DNA of 64,000 nt from Eledone cirrhosa (Eukaryota): contig OZ024755.1 of the NCBI GenBank assembly GCA_964016885.1, forward strand, positions 2,170,001-2,234,000. The letters run 5' to 3'. The notes beneath the pieces are model-generated. The model did no database searches. It saw only the letters and a list, made by a program, of their open reading frames with translations, and was not told the DNA's origin. This document shows positions 40,245-53,964 of this stretch, in pieces; the first letter of the stretch is position 1, and each line of letters starts with the position of its first letter. Both the position numbers and the translations under genes were made by a program.

Positions 40245-40709
40245 GATTTAGAAGGCGACCTTAAGTAGGAGCAATAACATTAGGAAAGACATGAACGACA
40301 CCACATCATTTTGTATTAAAAATTTTGAAAGTAGATTTATAAATATGAATTTTCAGTAGATTTTCGTAGCTGTCTCTGTGGCCTAGTGATAGATACTAGA
40401 GACGGTGGAGATCCTGGTCTTGGGTTCAATCCTGGTAGAGAGTTACATGTAATATTTTTCAGTTTTTATTTTGCATCCTATAGGAAAAAAACTGAAAAGG
40501 TTTACCGGGAACCCTACTCCAGACCAGGATCGAACTTCAGACCAGAATCACCACTGACTATGAGTCCTCCAACTAGGCCACCGAGACAGCTACAAAGGTA
40601 TAATGAAAATTAATAATTATAAACCTACTTTCAAAATCAAATTAAAAAGATGTGGTGACGTTCATGGCTTTCCTTGAACCATTAGTCATTTAGGGTCAAC
40701 TTGTCAATC
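40245..40709. mobile_element. ~465-bp imperfect inverted repeat, each arm carrying a tRNA-like module
   Basis: Left arm gacatgaacgacaccacatc...tttgaaagtagatttataa...gtagctgtctctgtggcctagt...ggttcaatcctggt...ttttcagttttt is mirrored by aaaaactgaaaa...accaggatcgaac...actaggccaccgagacagctac...ttataaacctactttcaaaa...gatgtggtgacgttcatggc; centre cctatagg at 40477-40484. Confidence 0.8.
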
Positions 40710-40785
40710 TTCTGTCTCTTTGGTAACAACCTATTATTCCTATGTGTGTTTTACTGTCGAATTAATTTAATTTGATTATTCAAAC

Positions 40786-40842
<57 letters not shown>

Positions 40843-41519
40843 ACTGGCCAGGTTGCCCAATGGCAAAGTGGTCTGCAGGGTCCCGCAGTAGCATTGCAGA
40901 GCCTATTGTAGTGGTTTAGGGGCCAATGCTTTGCTTTCAAAAAATACCTGAAGTCTAAGAGAAAGAAATATTTTTTTTTTAATATATAAAAACTATTAAG
41001 CAAAGCATTTGGTCAACTGATTCCCCAGAGAATTAATGGAAACCAAAATATATGATAGTGCAAATAGCTGGAATCATGTACATTCTACTAATTCTAAAGC
41101 TTGGTGCTATGGAAAAGTAGAACTACAGTAGTACTACCAACAATATAACAATAACTGAGGGACAGATAGACAGACTGACTGACAGAGATAGTGGGGGAAC
41201 TGCAGTGGGACAGATAGACAGATAAACCGATAAACCGATAGATAGATCGACTGAGGAAATAGCAAAAGAGGCGAGCGAACAGATAGACAGACAGACAGAC
41301 AAGCTGACATGCAGACCAAGAGTTTCAGGGAAAGCTGTTTAATGCAAAGCGTGTGATAATGTCTCAAAAATGTCAGCCATTGCTTTTGATAGAAACAATG
41401 TAACGCCTTGCTAGTGATAAGGGAGGGGGGGGGTGAGGAAGAAGAGGTGGAAGGATATCTATAGACAGAAAGCAGGACAGACAGATAAATTGAGAGAAAG
41501 GTTATGAGTGATACAATAG

Positions 41520-41578
41520 AAAACGAGAGAGGGGGGTGTATGAAGGGTTGGGAGAGGGAGAGGGATAGTGAGGGAGAG

Positions 41579-41615
<37 letters not shown>

Positions 41616-41650
41616 AAGGGGAGGAAGAGGGATAGTGAGGGAGAGGTGTG

Positions 41651-41686
<36 letters not shown>

Positions 41687-41782
41687 ATATATATATAGAG
41701 GAAGGGTAGTTAGAGGAAGAAGGATAGTGAGGGGGAGGTGTATATATATATAGAAAGGGGAGGAAGAGGGATAGTGAGGGGG

Positions 41783-41843
<61 letters not shown>

Positions 41844-42570
41844 AAGGGTAGTGAGAGGGTGAGAGAGACGTAATAGGGAATGCGAGAGAGAAAGAGATGT
41901 AGTAGTGAATGAAAGAGAAAAGGAGAAAGAGCATATAACAGTCGTGTGGGAGTGAGAGAGAGAGGTTTAAATGGTGTCAGAGAGAATTAGAGAGGTGTGG
42001 AAATGAGAGAAAGGGAGAGAAATGTGTAGAGAGAGAAGTGTAGAAATACATCAGAGAGAGAAAGAAGTGAGAAGTGTGAGAGAGAAATGTAGAAGAGGAG
42101 AGGGAAAGAAAGAGCGAGAACTGTAGAAATAAGTGAGAAGTGTAGAAGAGAATAAGAGAAAGTGTAGAACATGAGAGAGAGGTGTAGAGGATTAGAGAGG
42201 TGAGAGAGAGGTTTATAAGGAAATAAGAGAGATGTAGAAGAAAATGAGAGAAGTGTAGAACATGATAGAGGGTGGTGTGAGAGAAGCTTAGAAGAACGTG
42301 AGAGAGAGAAGTGTAGAAGAGGGTTAGAGAGAGGTGAAAGAAGGGTGTAGAAGGTGAGAGAGAAAGGTGTAGAAGAGGATTAGAGAGGTGAAAGAAGGGT
42401 GTAGAAGAGGATTAGAGAGGTGAAAGAAAGAAGGGTGTAGAAGAGGATTAGAGAGAGGTGAAAGAAAGAAGGGTGTAGAAGAGGGGGGAGAGAGAAAGGT
42501 GTAGAAGAGAATTAGATAAAGAAAATGTAGAAGAAAGTGAGAGAGAGAGAGAAATATAGAAATGCGAGTG
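41520..42570. repeat. GA-rich low-complexity region with local tandem units
   Basis: Repeated gagggatagtgagggagaggtg-(TA)n and gtgtagaagaggattagagaggtgaaagaagg units. Confidence 0.85.
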
Positions 42571-42739
42571 AGGGTTTTAGGAATGGCTACCGTTAGACAT
42601 CAAAGTGCTGGCGAGTGTTTCAAACAGCTGCCAACTGGCGGACATTGGGAACTAAGCCAGAACTTGAAGCCACCAATGCCATCATCACTATCAACATAAT
42701 CAGGTCTTCATTTACACACGACCACTGTTGCATGTATTA

Positions 42740-43125
42740 ACGGTACTGTTGTTGTTGTTGTTGTCGTCCTTATTACTGAAGTTGTTGTTGTTATTGATGT
42801 TGTTGTTACTGTCGTCCTTATAACTCAAGTTGTTGTTGTTACTGTCGTCCTTATAACTCAAGTTGTTGTTGTTGTTGTTACTGTCGCCCTTATAACTGCT
42901 GTTGTTGTAGTTGTTGCTGTTGTTGTTGTTACTGTCGTCCTTATAACTGAAGTTGTTACTGTCGTCCTTAAAACTGAAGTTGTTGCTTTTGTTATTGTTG
43001 CTACTGTAGTTGTTGTTGTTGTTGTTATTGAAGTTGATGTTGGTATTGCTGTTGTTGCTGTTGTTGTCGTTGTTGCTGATACTGTTCTTCCTGTTGTTTT
43101 TGTTATTGCTGCTGCTGTTGTTGTT
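42740..43125. repeat. (GTT)n-derived minisatellite
   Basis: Recurring actgtcgtccttataact..agttgttgttg units. Confidence 0.9.
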
Positions 43126-43611
43126 TATTAGTTTCATTAATTTTTCAGTCAATCCTTTCCATTTAAGTTTTAGACATTACACCAAACTTCAGTCATCTAT
43201 CTACTGTAAACATATTGTGTGATGTGTGTGTGTGTGTGTGTACTGTATACATAGTGTGTGTGTTTGTGTGTGCACTTATGTACTATATACATATGAGTGT
43301 GTTTGTGTGGATGTGTAAGCTTGTATGGATAACTGTAGTGTGTGTATACATATATGCAAACACATGCACGGTTATTTCACCTGTCTAATGAACCCCCTTC
43401 TTTTTTCCAACCTCATCTCTCTCATAACTCCTCTAGTTTTTTCCTGATGAAGACTTCATTTTCCACTTCATAAAACAACCTAATAGTATTTTTATATTTG
43501 TACTCTGTGTCTTCACTGTTTTTCATTATTGACCTTGTACACTATATATATATGTGTATATATATATGTGTATATATATATATGTATAACCTGTTGGTGT
43601 ATGTATATGTT

Positions 43612-43654
<43 letters not shown>

Positions 43655-44711
43655 TGTGGTGTGTGTGTGTGTATTAGTTTATACATTAGTTTATACATGT
43701 AATGATGTTGATGGTGATGTTGTTCAGCCTCGAAATAGAATCAATATGGCTAGACCAAGGAAAATCTTATGCTTTTTTGTTTGACATTCAAAAAACATAT
43801 GTACGTTTGTGTATATATCTAATATTGGGTATGTATGTATGTGTGTATATATCTAATAATGGGTATGTATGTATGTGCATGTATGTATGTATATTTCAAG
43901 AATAAACAAGATAAAAACAAAGATGCAAAAACAGTCTTATTAGGTTCACACTTTAGCAACAATAAGATAAAAACGATGACAACCACCACAGCATTGACAA
44001 CAGTAACAATAACGATGACAACCACAACAATAACAACGATGACAGCCACAACAACCACATCAACAACAGTAACAGTATCAACGATGACAACCACAACATT
44101 AACAACAGCAATAACAATTGTCGATTACTGTAGTAGAATTCTCATCATAACGAACAATGTTATCGGTGACAACAGCAAGAGGAATAGCTAACTCGTGATG
44201 GAACGCAATCAACCTGCTAAAAATAGCAGCCAAATCTGCCCCAATTTACAATTCAGTATGATGAAAAACAGATTATCTATTGTAATTCTATACATTACTG
44301 CAAAAGATGGCCTTGTCTAGTTCTGTTCAGAGTTGACTTCAGGCTTTAACAATATAAACAATAACATCTAAAAGACAAACAGCAACAGCGATAAGATTAA
44401 CAATAACAATAATAATAACAATAATAATAACAATAATAGTAATAATAATAATAATATAAATACTAACAAGAGCATCTGCGATGAGACTGACAACAACAAC
44501 GATGAGATTAGTAATAATACTAACAACAAAAAAGATCATCCAATATGATGAAGTCTTCAGACTGACCTCGAGCAACACAACAAAAACAACAACAATTTAG
44601 TCCCCCCCCCCCCCCCCTCCTCTTCACTTATTTTGAATGTCGAATAAAAAAAAAAAAGATCATAAGATTTTCCTTAGTCTCGCCATATTGATTCTATCTC
44701 GAGGCTGAACA

Positions 44712-45306
44712 TCACCACCAACATAAACAATATCATCACCATCGCCATTATAAACATCATCATCATCATCATCACTAACATCACCAGTGTCAACATCATC
44801 ATCATCACCACCATCGCCATTATCATCATCATCATCATCACTAACATCACCAGTGTCAACATCATCATCATCATCATCACCACCATCGCCATTATCATCA
44901 TCATCATCATCATCATCACTAACATCACCATCACCAGTGTCAGCATCAACATAAACATCATCATTAGCATCATCACCATCACTAATATCATCATCACCAT
45001 CACTATTATCTCTCTCAAGACTATCATCATCGTCATCAGGACCAAATACCATCGCCATCATACCCAGCGTCTTCATCTTCTTTATCATCTCCACCACCAT
45101 CATCATTATTACTACTATAACCATCCTTATCATCATCACCACTACCATCATCCTCACCATAACCACCTATTACCTTCACCATACCATCATCATTATTATT
45201 ACCACCATACCACCACCATACCACCACCATACCACCACTATACCACCACCATACCACCACCATACCACCACCATACCACCACCATACCACCACCATACCA
45301 CCACCA
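44712..45306. repeat. (CAT)n/(CAC)n-derived repeat with internal duplications
   Basis: Three copies of ccatcgccattat..(cat)n..cactaacatcacca, then (ccataccaccac)n. Confidence 0.9.
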
Positions 45307-45669
45307 ACCGACTACTGTATGCAGTCAGTCAGCCAGTCTGACACTTTACTCCACTGAGATAATTAAAATATTTACAATATTCAAAGACGGGAATCTATAA
45401 ACAATATAACCGTCGCCATCTTTACTGAGATATCTGCTAAAATCTATCACTTACATTATTTATATTTTACATTCAAACTGACCAATCACTGCTGGCTCTG
45501 AATTTATGGCGGCTAAAGTGACAAAACCAACATACCAATAGACCTTTGACGATATGCACCATGAATGAAATGCACACATGTGCATATATAAGCATACACA
45601 CACACATACACATGTGCATATATAAGCATACACACACACATACACATGCGCATATATAGATATATACAT

Positions 45670-45943
45670 AATTGTTTCTACTTTTGGCACAAGGCCAGCA
45701 ATTACCCAGTACATTACTGGTACTTTATTTTATCGACCTCTGTATGGATGAAAGGCAAAGTCAACCTCGGCAGGATTTGAACTCAGACCATAAAGGGACG
45801 TAACTATGCTGGAAAGCATGGCGTCCGACCCTCTACCGATACTGCCAATCCACCGTATATAGATATATACATAATTGTTTCTACTTTAGGCACAAGGCCA
45901 GCAAATACCCAGTACATTACTGGTACTTTATTTTATCGACCCC
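45670..45943 (-). mobile_element. Family-A SINE (full length) plus a second 3' fragment
   Basis: Consensus match; flank tatatagatatatacataat occurs three times (~45652, ~45857, ~45949). Confidence 0.9.
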
Positions 45944-46076
45944 GTGTATATATAGATATATACATAATGACATTAAACAATGACAGATACAAAAGAAATT
46001 AGTTTTTATCAGGTTCACGCTTTGGATGAGAGAAAAAGTGATGTATCGGACGTTAGTGGAGTACAATGGTCAGGAG

Positions 46077-46125
<49 letters not shown>

Positions 46126-47244
46126 AAAGATATAGATCAATATCAAAAGGTACTTACAACCATGAGAACATCGTGAGAAAAACTGTGTTGAGTTGTTTGT
46201 TGAGGAGAGTATTTAATATTCACCACTTTTCGTAATTTCATAATCTGTGATTCTTTCTCTTTTGTCCTCACACACACCCGCACACGCACACGCACGACGT
46301 ATATTCAACATTCACAGTGAATCACTACGTTGTAGAATCCACAACTCGTACAAGTCGAAGTTCTATAGAAGACAACATACCTTTTATTCTTTGATTGGTT
46401 TCAGTCTACAGAATTGACATAACAAATTGGCTTGCTCTAACGCGAGCAAATGTTGTAGCCAAGAAGGAAAACATCCACTTGGCAGAAAACTATAAGGCTC
46501 ACGCTTGGTTAAATATAATGTGTTAGCTTTATTATACAAGCTGTCTCAAACAATTCCTCCAAGACCAATGTGATTCCAATATTGTAGTGACTGATGAGCA
46601 GGCAGGTGGAAAGAAAAATGTTTAGAGATGCGTCGAATAATTTCTAATTAATATAGCTGTGCTGTCTAATGTGAAATAAAAAGAAAGACAAGATTGTAGA
46701 AACTTCGTGAAAATAAAGCTTAAGTACCGAGAGGCGTTTGATTCGATTCCTCACTCATTGTTACTGACAGTTCGGCATTTGGCAAAGGCTTGCGTTGTCT
46801 TAATTGCTATCATTGAATGGCTTACAAAGCCTTTAACTGAAACAAGAGATGATTATTTCTGAAATTATCGATCTTTCTAGAGGAGTATTTTAAAAAAGAT
46901 GTGTGCTTATGTTCATTTTGGCACTAAACCCTGTCTTTTCTATTAGAAATCTTTACATTCCTTTGCTTGGGTAAACAACATCGAGTTGAGCCTAATGTAG
47001 GATAGAATCACTGCTGAAAGGGGTGAACTGTTCCTAGTCTGTAGTAAATATTTAATGGTACATAAATTGGGTTACTTTAGTATTAAGTCTCCTGGTAACA
47101 GAGAGCAATACGGAGGACAGGATTCAATCTACCGATCACACTATTGCTTCCCCCACTTGGCTACATTTTTACTTTTTCCTTTTTGTAAATATTTTGTAAT
47201 TATTATTTGCCCGTGCAGATTATCATTAGCATTATCACTACAGC

Positions 47245-47296
<52 letters not shown>

Positions 47297-48089
47297 GTAT
47301 TAATCTCCAGAGTCCAACTATTGACCAGTTAATTTTCTTGACTTTTTTTAGTTGATTCTATTGACTGATGAATAGCTTTTGTTAACTTTAAAACCATTCT
47401 GTTGAGAACTTAATTCGTTTTGTGATATTTTGCAATTTTGCAATATTACATATACAGAATTCATCCGCCAAAAATAAGGGTTGCCTCCCTTGCCGAGCCC
47501 CACGTGGGTATTGGTAACGGTCAATCCTTGGCCTGGCACTTAAACTAAAACCTGTTGAGAAAGTGACTTCCTTGTTCAATCATCTTACCAGAAGCCTAAC
47601 ATTATTTGTCTAAGCGCACAGTACTTGATTTAGGAGTCGCAGAAACCCAAATGCTGGATTTTCACCAACCCTCCAGGGTTCCAGGTAAATTTTTCAATCA
47701 TATTTTTTTATTTGTTTGACCCGAATTACTTGGTCGTTTCTATGGCTGTGCGGATAATGGTTTAACCATCGTCTCAGTGTGTTTGGCCTTTTAACGTATG
47801 TTGTAGCTTTGGTTCGTTAGAATCTATTGAGCGCTTGCCACACATCTCGGAAGTTGTTTTTCGCTAATTTCCAATAGCCGAAATACGATTCTCGCTAATT
47901 TATATTTGTGTGTGTATATATATATATATATATATACATATATGAGAGAGAGATGAAGTAATCTTAGTTGCGAAGGGGTGGTGTCCTATCCACGAATAAT
48001 TGTTTTTATCTAACGCTCGGAAATGAAGTTAGTATTGAATTTCGAAAGCTCCAGAAATTCAGCAAAAGATTTGTTTTCATTATTCATAT

Positions 48090-48660
48090 AGCACAGAGTT
48101 ACATCCCTTTATGATCTGAGTTCAAATTCCGCCAAGGTTAACTTTGCCTTTCATCCTTACAGGGTCGATGAAATAAAGTACCAGTAATATACTGGGGTAA
48201 TTGCTGGTCTTGTGCCAAAAGTAGAAACAATTATTTATATATATGAAGGGCGGTGGAGCATCAATATCGGTAAGACGGTGGAGAAGGTGCTTCTCGGTAT
48301 CTATTTACGCTCTGAGTTCAAATCTCGCCGAAGTCAATTTTGCCATTCATCCTTCTGATTTCGATAACATATATGGTTTCTACTTTTGGCACAAGGCCAT
48401 CAATTATCCCAGTGCATTACTGGTACTTTATTTTATCGACCCCGTAAGGATGAAAGGCAAAGTCAACCTCGGCGAGATTTGAACTCAGACCGTAAAGGGC
48501 CGTAACTCTATGTTGTAAAGCATGGCGTCCGACTCTCTACCGAAACTGCCAATCCACCGCCCTTCGATAACATATATTGCCATATAACTACTGGGATCGG
48601 TATAATGGACTCTCCCCTCCTCCAAATTGCTGGCCTTGTGCCAATGTTGGACAATTATTT
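48090..48660. mobile_element. Nested family-A SINEs: a young minus-strand copy (48375-48562) inside an older plus-strand copy, plus an upstream plus-strand copy
   Basis: 15-bp TSD ttcgataacatatat at 48360-48374 and 48563-48577; the older copy resumes after the insertion. Confidence 0.88.
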
Positions 48661-48709
48661 AATTGTATATTTTAGAGAGCGGAGAAAAGTCAATGTCGAT
48701 TGCATTTTC

Positions 48710-48890
48710 TAGGTCCTTGGAGGGTATTGCGAGGAAACAGGGAGGTTATCTTCAGAGCGAGGATCTGGCCTAAATGCTTTTAACAGAATAGACGGTGTTG
48801 CATCCATCGGAATGTGAAGCTGTTCATCTCGGTAATAACAACAAAAAATTAGGACAGCAAATAAACATTGTGGGAACAATTAATCACTTA
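48710..48890 (+). mobile_element. CR1/L2-type LINE reverse-transcriptase C-terminal remnant
   Basis: LHPSECEAVHLGNNNKK resembles the conserved F-N-P-x-K-C-x-V-x-H-L-G-x-N-N motif, preceded by an LQ..DL-like segment. Confidence 0.5.
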
Positions 48891-51800
48891 ACCACAGTTA
48901 CCTCCCTTCACAATACACTCTCTGGTAAAATTGTCTTTAACTCCTCACCTAATTTCCTGTATTGTCACTTTTCCTGTGCTTCCACCTATGTTTCATGCTC
49001 TCCTCTTTCTTTCCCCATCTCTCCCCTCACTCTCTCCCTCTCTTTGTCGTCTCTCCCTCTCTTTTTCTCCCCCTCCCTCTCTCTTTCTCTCACTCTCTAT
49101 CTATCTATCTATCAACTCTTCTCTTCTCTCTACACTTTGTGAACTGTTTTTTTTTTTTCTAATTGGTCCTATTTTCACTGAATATGTTAAGTTCCGTGTG
49201 CAGAGTCGAGTTATGTTTTCTTTTTTGTTTTTGTTTTTTTCGTTTTTCAACGAAACACAAGAGGTATAAAATATAAAAAATTAATGAAAATTCAAAATTA
49301 TTATTTAATGTTGCCGTGGCAATGGACTGTCTTATAGTCTACAATGATTTCCATAGAGATCATAATTTGAACATTTCATTCAGCTACAAATATTTCTGGT
49401 TTATTTTTATCACCCCTCTATATTTTTGTTATTATTCTTGCTTTTGTTTTTATCTGTTTTTCTTTCCTTGTTTTTTTTCTTCGTTTAGTGGTATTTTCCT
49501 GTTTTTCTGTGTTTTGGGTTTTTTTTTTTGTTTTGTTTTTTCTTTTTCGTATTTATTGATTCTTCATTAGTTTTACATAGTTTTATTTTTAAAACGCACT
49601 TTCTCCCCTTCTCTCCCTCTCTTTCTCCCCTTCTCTCCCTCACTTTCTCCCCTTCTCTCCCTCTCTTTCTCTTTATATATGTGTATGTATGTGTATGTAT
49701 TTATACACACACACATGTGTATGTGCCTGTTTGAATGTATGTATGTGTGTGTATGTTTATATATGTTTGAGTGATGTGTGTATGTATGTTTGTTTGTGTT
49801 TATGTGTGTGTATATGTGTGTGTAGTAGTTGTTTTTCACTAACAGTTTTCATTTTTCGAAGTCAACTAAAATATAATTTTATTTCGGGTTTTTATGTTCT
49901 TAATTCATTTCTAAAAGCCAATCATTTTAATGTTTTACTTCAATAAAATAAAAATGAAAAACTAGAATGAAGATTTTTTTTTTTTTTTTTTTTTTTTTGG
50001 GTTTTTGTTTTTTAAAATCCTTTTTTTTTTTTGTTCTTTTTTATTCCTACAATATTATTCTACCTCCTTTATTTATTATTATTATTATTATTATTTGTCA
50101 CTCTTGTTGCTGCGGATTTTCATTTTTAAATTATAATTGTTTTTTGTTTTTGTTAATTTGTATTTCTTTGAAAAATCTTTTTTGACATTGTGTATGGCGG
50201 AGGTGATGGTTTCAATATGGTTTTTTAATGTTGTTCACCTACAATAGAAAACGTTTTTAAAGTGTTTGTGGTTGTTGTTTGTGTTATTGGGATTTGTAAT
50301 TTGCTTTATCTTACAGAAGAGACTCATCAAAATTGTCTCTGATTATCAGTTTTCAGAAGTAGTTGGCGACGTTTATATTCTAGTAATAGTGATCGACTTC
50401 CTGTCAAATTTCTCGGCTTGGTCGTGTGATAACCTACGTAGGGAAATTTGTTTTTAACGTTACAAAAAATAATTTAATAGAAAATTATTATAAAAGTAGC
50501 TTAGAAATTAGATGAAACTGAAGGATTATATGTTCTTTGTTGATTTTAGGAGTTTGGGTATTGTATTAAGGATTTTCATTTCATGTGTTCTTCTGGTTTT
50601 ATAATTTTATAAATGTTTACCTATAAAGAGAGAGAGAGAGATTCGGCTTCTAACATAGACACAAGACTCTCTCATTGGAATTTAGATAACATCCACTAGG
50701 TAGATATGTTTGTATGTCTGCATAATTATGGATGTTATTGTATCTGTGGATGGGTATGTATGTTTGTATTCATGTCGGGTTCGACCTGTGAAACGATGTA
50801 CGTAAGGGCGGTCATTATCAACACAACACATGTAAGGGCACATATATAAATATATGTGAGTATATTTGATTGGGATTCTGTGTTTGCAGCAACAAGAAAT
50901 TCCACACACACACATGGACAGGTTGCTTTCCCGATGATTTCTGTTGAATGAAATAGTTCTAATCCTCTAGATGCCTTTCTATATTAAATATGATTGTGTG
51001 GGGGAAATGAATAGATAGATAGATAGATAGGGTGACCTCTCTGTTTGCTCTCATATACAACCAGTCCTTCTACCACTATTTATCTATCTTCCAGAGATAG
51101 ACTAAAGTATGTCACTAACAGATGACTTTCACAGTCACTGGTCTCCGAATTGTCTTCATGTCTGCTGTGCTATGTAAGTTAATATGTGACTTGTTACAAA
51201 TCATATGATACTCTCATTTACAATGAGAGTAGAGGGGGGGGGGGGTGATAGGTATTTAGTGGCGGTGGAGAAATAGAGGGGTGGAAGAGAATGTGGGGAG
51301 GGGAAGAGAGAATGAAAGAGAACGTGAGAGGGAGAAAAAGAAAGGACGAGTGGGAGATTGAGTATGTGAGAGAAAGAAAGAGAATGTCTGCATGCTAGGG
51401 TGAGAGAGGGGAAGAAAGAAGCTACGAGAGGAATAAAGAGAGAAGGAGAGAGAAAAAATAAAAAATAGAGAATGTGAGAGTGAAAAAGAATATGTTGAGA
51501 ATATTGACAGGATCTAGCTGGAATTCCTCTCTGTTGCCTCTACTTTCAACTTACCTTTCCAGAGAATTTCTAGCTGTTGGTTCTCATATACCGAAGCAAC
51601 CATCATCTATTTCTTGAGGTAACTTTTTACCTCCTGATGTTATCCATCTCCCACCGACGTCTGGATTTCTGAGGCAGTGTTTTCACTTTAGGAGTGTTTG
51701 CAGATTGTGTAAAAAAAAACAATGTCTCCGAATGTGACTAGCTTGTTTTCTAGAGTGCTCTCTCTCTCTCGCTCGCTCTCGCTCTCGCTCTCTCTCTCTC

Positions 51801-52239
51801 CTAAGAGCACATTCAATTTCTGGAATATTTCCCTCCCATTTCAGTAGAGATTCCAAAGTAGATTAAAACTCGTGTTTTTACTAAATATTCATAACCAGTC
51901 GTTGGTGTTCTTTGTTATCAGTAGAATCTTCATTTCTTTACTCACACCATTAAGTATAGTAACACCCATTTTACCGATTATTGTGTAATGTGGCAGGCAT
52001 CCCTGGATATCACACCCAGATAACTTTTAAGTTATAACACCCCTCTGTTTTCATTTACAAAAATCCTATATATTTCTCGGGTTCATCTAAGATTTTGCAG
52101 TAACAATTGGGTTATTACAGTTAATAAAAGTTCAAATCTCTCCCAAGACCGGACACTCATAATACCAGGAGCTTCTCCCGATTCTCATTAACGTTAAACG
52201 ACTGATATTACAAGACATGTCCCACACACATTTCATCCT

Positions 52240-52400
52240 TGTCCATCGCAGGGTTAACTCCTGGCAACTGGCGGTACTCATTTTCAGGTGAATATATTGA
52301 AACAAGGTGAAATTAAGTGTTTTGCTCAAGATAACAACGCACAACGTGATCCAGGAATCGAACAGACGACATCACGATTGTAAGTCAAACACTAACTACT
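52240..52400 (-). mobile_element. Degenerate family-B SINE (tail type 1)
   Basis: Reverse complement has gttcgattcctgg, ttgagcaaaacacttaatttcac and gttaaccctgcgatggac. Confidence 0.7.
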
Positions 52401-52764
52401 TCTAATAATTCTGATGGGGGGAGGGGTCAATTAACTAGAGTACCAGATTATAACCTTACACCAAATTTGAGGCTTTATGCTTACGTAAAAAATCGATATT
52501 TTGCTGTATCTGTTGTTGCCTATAATCTTAATGAGCATTTTTTTAAACAGCACACCATATGCCTCAGGAGTATATAGTGTTTCTTCCGTATAAGTAAGTT
52601 TAGATAGATATATATATATATATATATACATATTCCAATATATATATATATATGCATGTACGTGTATATATATAACACAAACATGTGTACGTGTATGTAT
52701 GTATGTATGTATGTATATATATTATATATATATGAGGGGGTGTACAGAAGGGAGTTTAATTATT

Positions 52765-52895
52765 CATTCGAAGCTGATGATTCACTGGTCGGTACAGAGA
52801 TTTCCCGGTTCTATGTTTTCGTTGCACCGCCTGAACGATCGCATATAGGCGGGAAACTCAACATGGCGACCGAATGAATCATCGACTTTCGAATG
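52765..52895. mobile_element. ~130-bp imperfect hairpin (MITE-like)
   Basis: Nested complementary blocks cattcgaag/ctttcgaatg, gatgattca/tgaatcatc, ggtcg/cgacc, gagatttcccg/cgggaaactc. Confidence 0.55.
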
Positions 52896-52977
52896 AAAGA
52901 AGGAACACACACACATACACACACACATACACATATATATATATATATACACACATAAACATATATATATAAGTATC

Positions 52978-53022
<45 letters not shown>

Positions 53023-53039
53023 TTATATACACATATAAG

Positions 53040-53078
<39 letters not shown>

Positions 53079-53770
53079 ACACTTGTTTCCCGATTCGATA
53101 TTCCCATCATATATTTATACACACATCAACGCACACTTGCATGTAACTACATACATACAACACACAAACATATATATATATATATATATATATATGTTTG
53201 TGTGTGTGTTTGTGTGTATGTGTTTGTTTGTGTGTGTATATATATGTGTTTGTGTGTATGTATATATATATATATATATATGTTTGTGTGTATGTCTATA
53301 TATATATATGTTTGTGTGTATGTATGTATATATATATATGTTTGTGTGTATGTCTATATATATATATATGTTTGTGTGTATGTATGTATATATATGTATA
53401 TATATTATGGCAGCAATGAGTCTTGAAGTTATTCAGGAATTTGTAGAAGTAACCACAAGTTCTCCATCACTATCAGCACAATAACAACATCGTTTTAAAC
53501 AACAACAATAACAAAACAAACAACTGCAGCAGTCAATGGAAACAGGTGCTCATTTCATACTGTGTCGATTTCATATTTTTACTGCATCCTGATAACACAT
53601 GTGCACGGAGGGTAACACGTCTATATACACACATACACACACACACATGTACACTCATAGATACTCACACACACACATACGCACACGTACATGTACACTC
53701 GCTTACTCACTCACTCACTCATGTACACACACATATATATATAACACACGAACCCGCATTTATCCACAGT

Positions 53771-53964
<194 letters not shown>

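Noticed and set aside
42712-43222. Asn-rich and Leu-rich ORFs
   Set aside because: Translations of a (GTT)n-derived minisatellite.
43443-43470. CTGATGA hammerhead core
   Set aside because: No downstream GAAA with compatible stems.
44660-45296. Asp-rich and Met-rich ORFs suggesting an acidic biomineral protein
   Set aside because: They derive from a (CAT)n repeat that is open in several frames, with no signal peptide or splice context.
50317-50437. Plus-strand exon candidate (KRLIKIVSDYQFSEVVGDV...)
   Set aside because: Acceptor is plausible but the donor is weak, the peptide is unrecognised and no partner exons were found.
51555-51710. Minus-strand exon ending at a strong AAG|gtaagt donor
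   Set aside because: All three frames contain stops shortly upstream and no clear acceptor is visible; at most a UTR or first exon.
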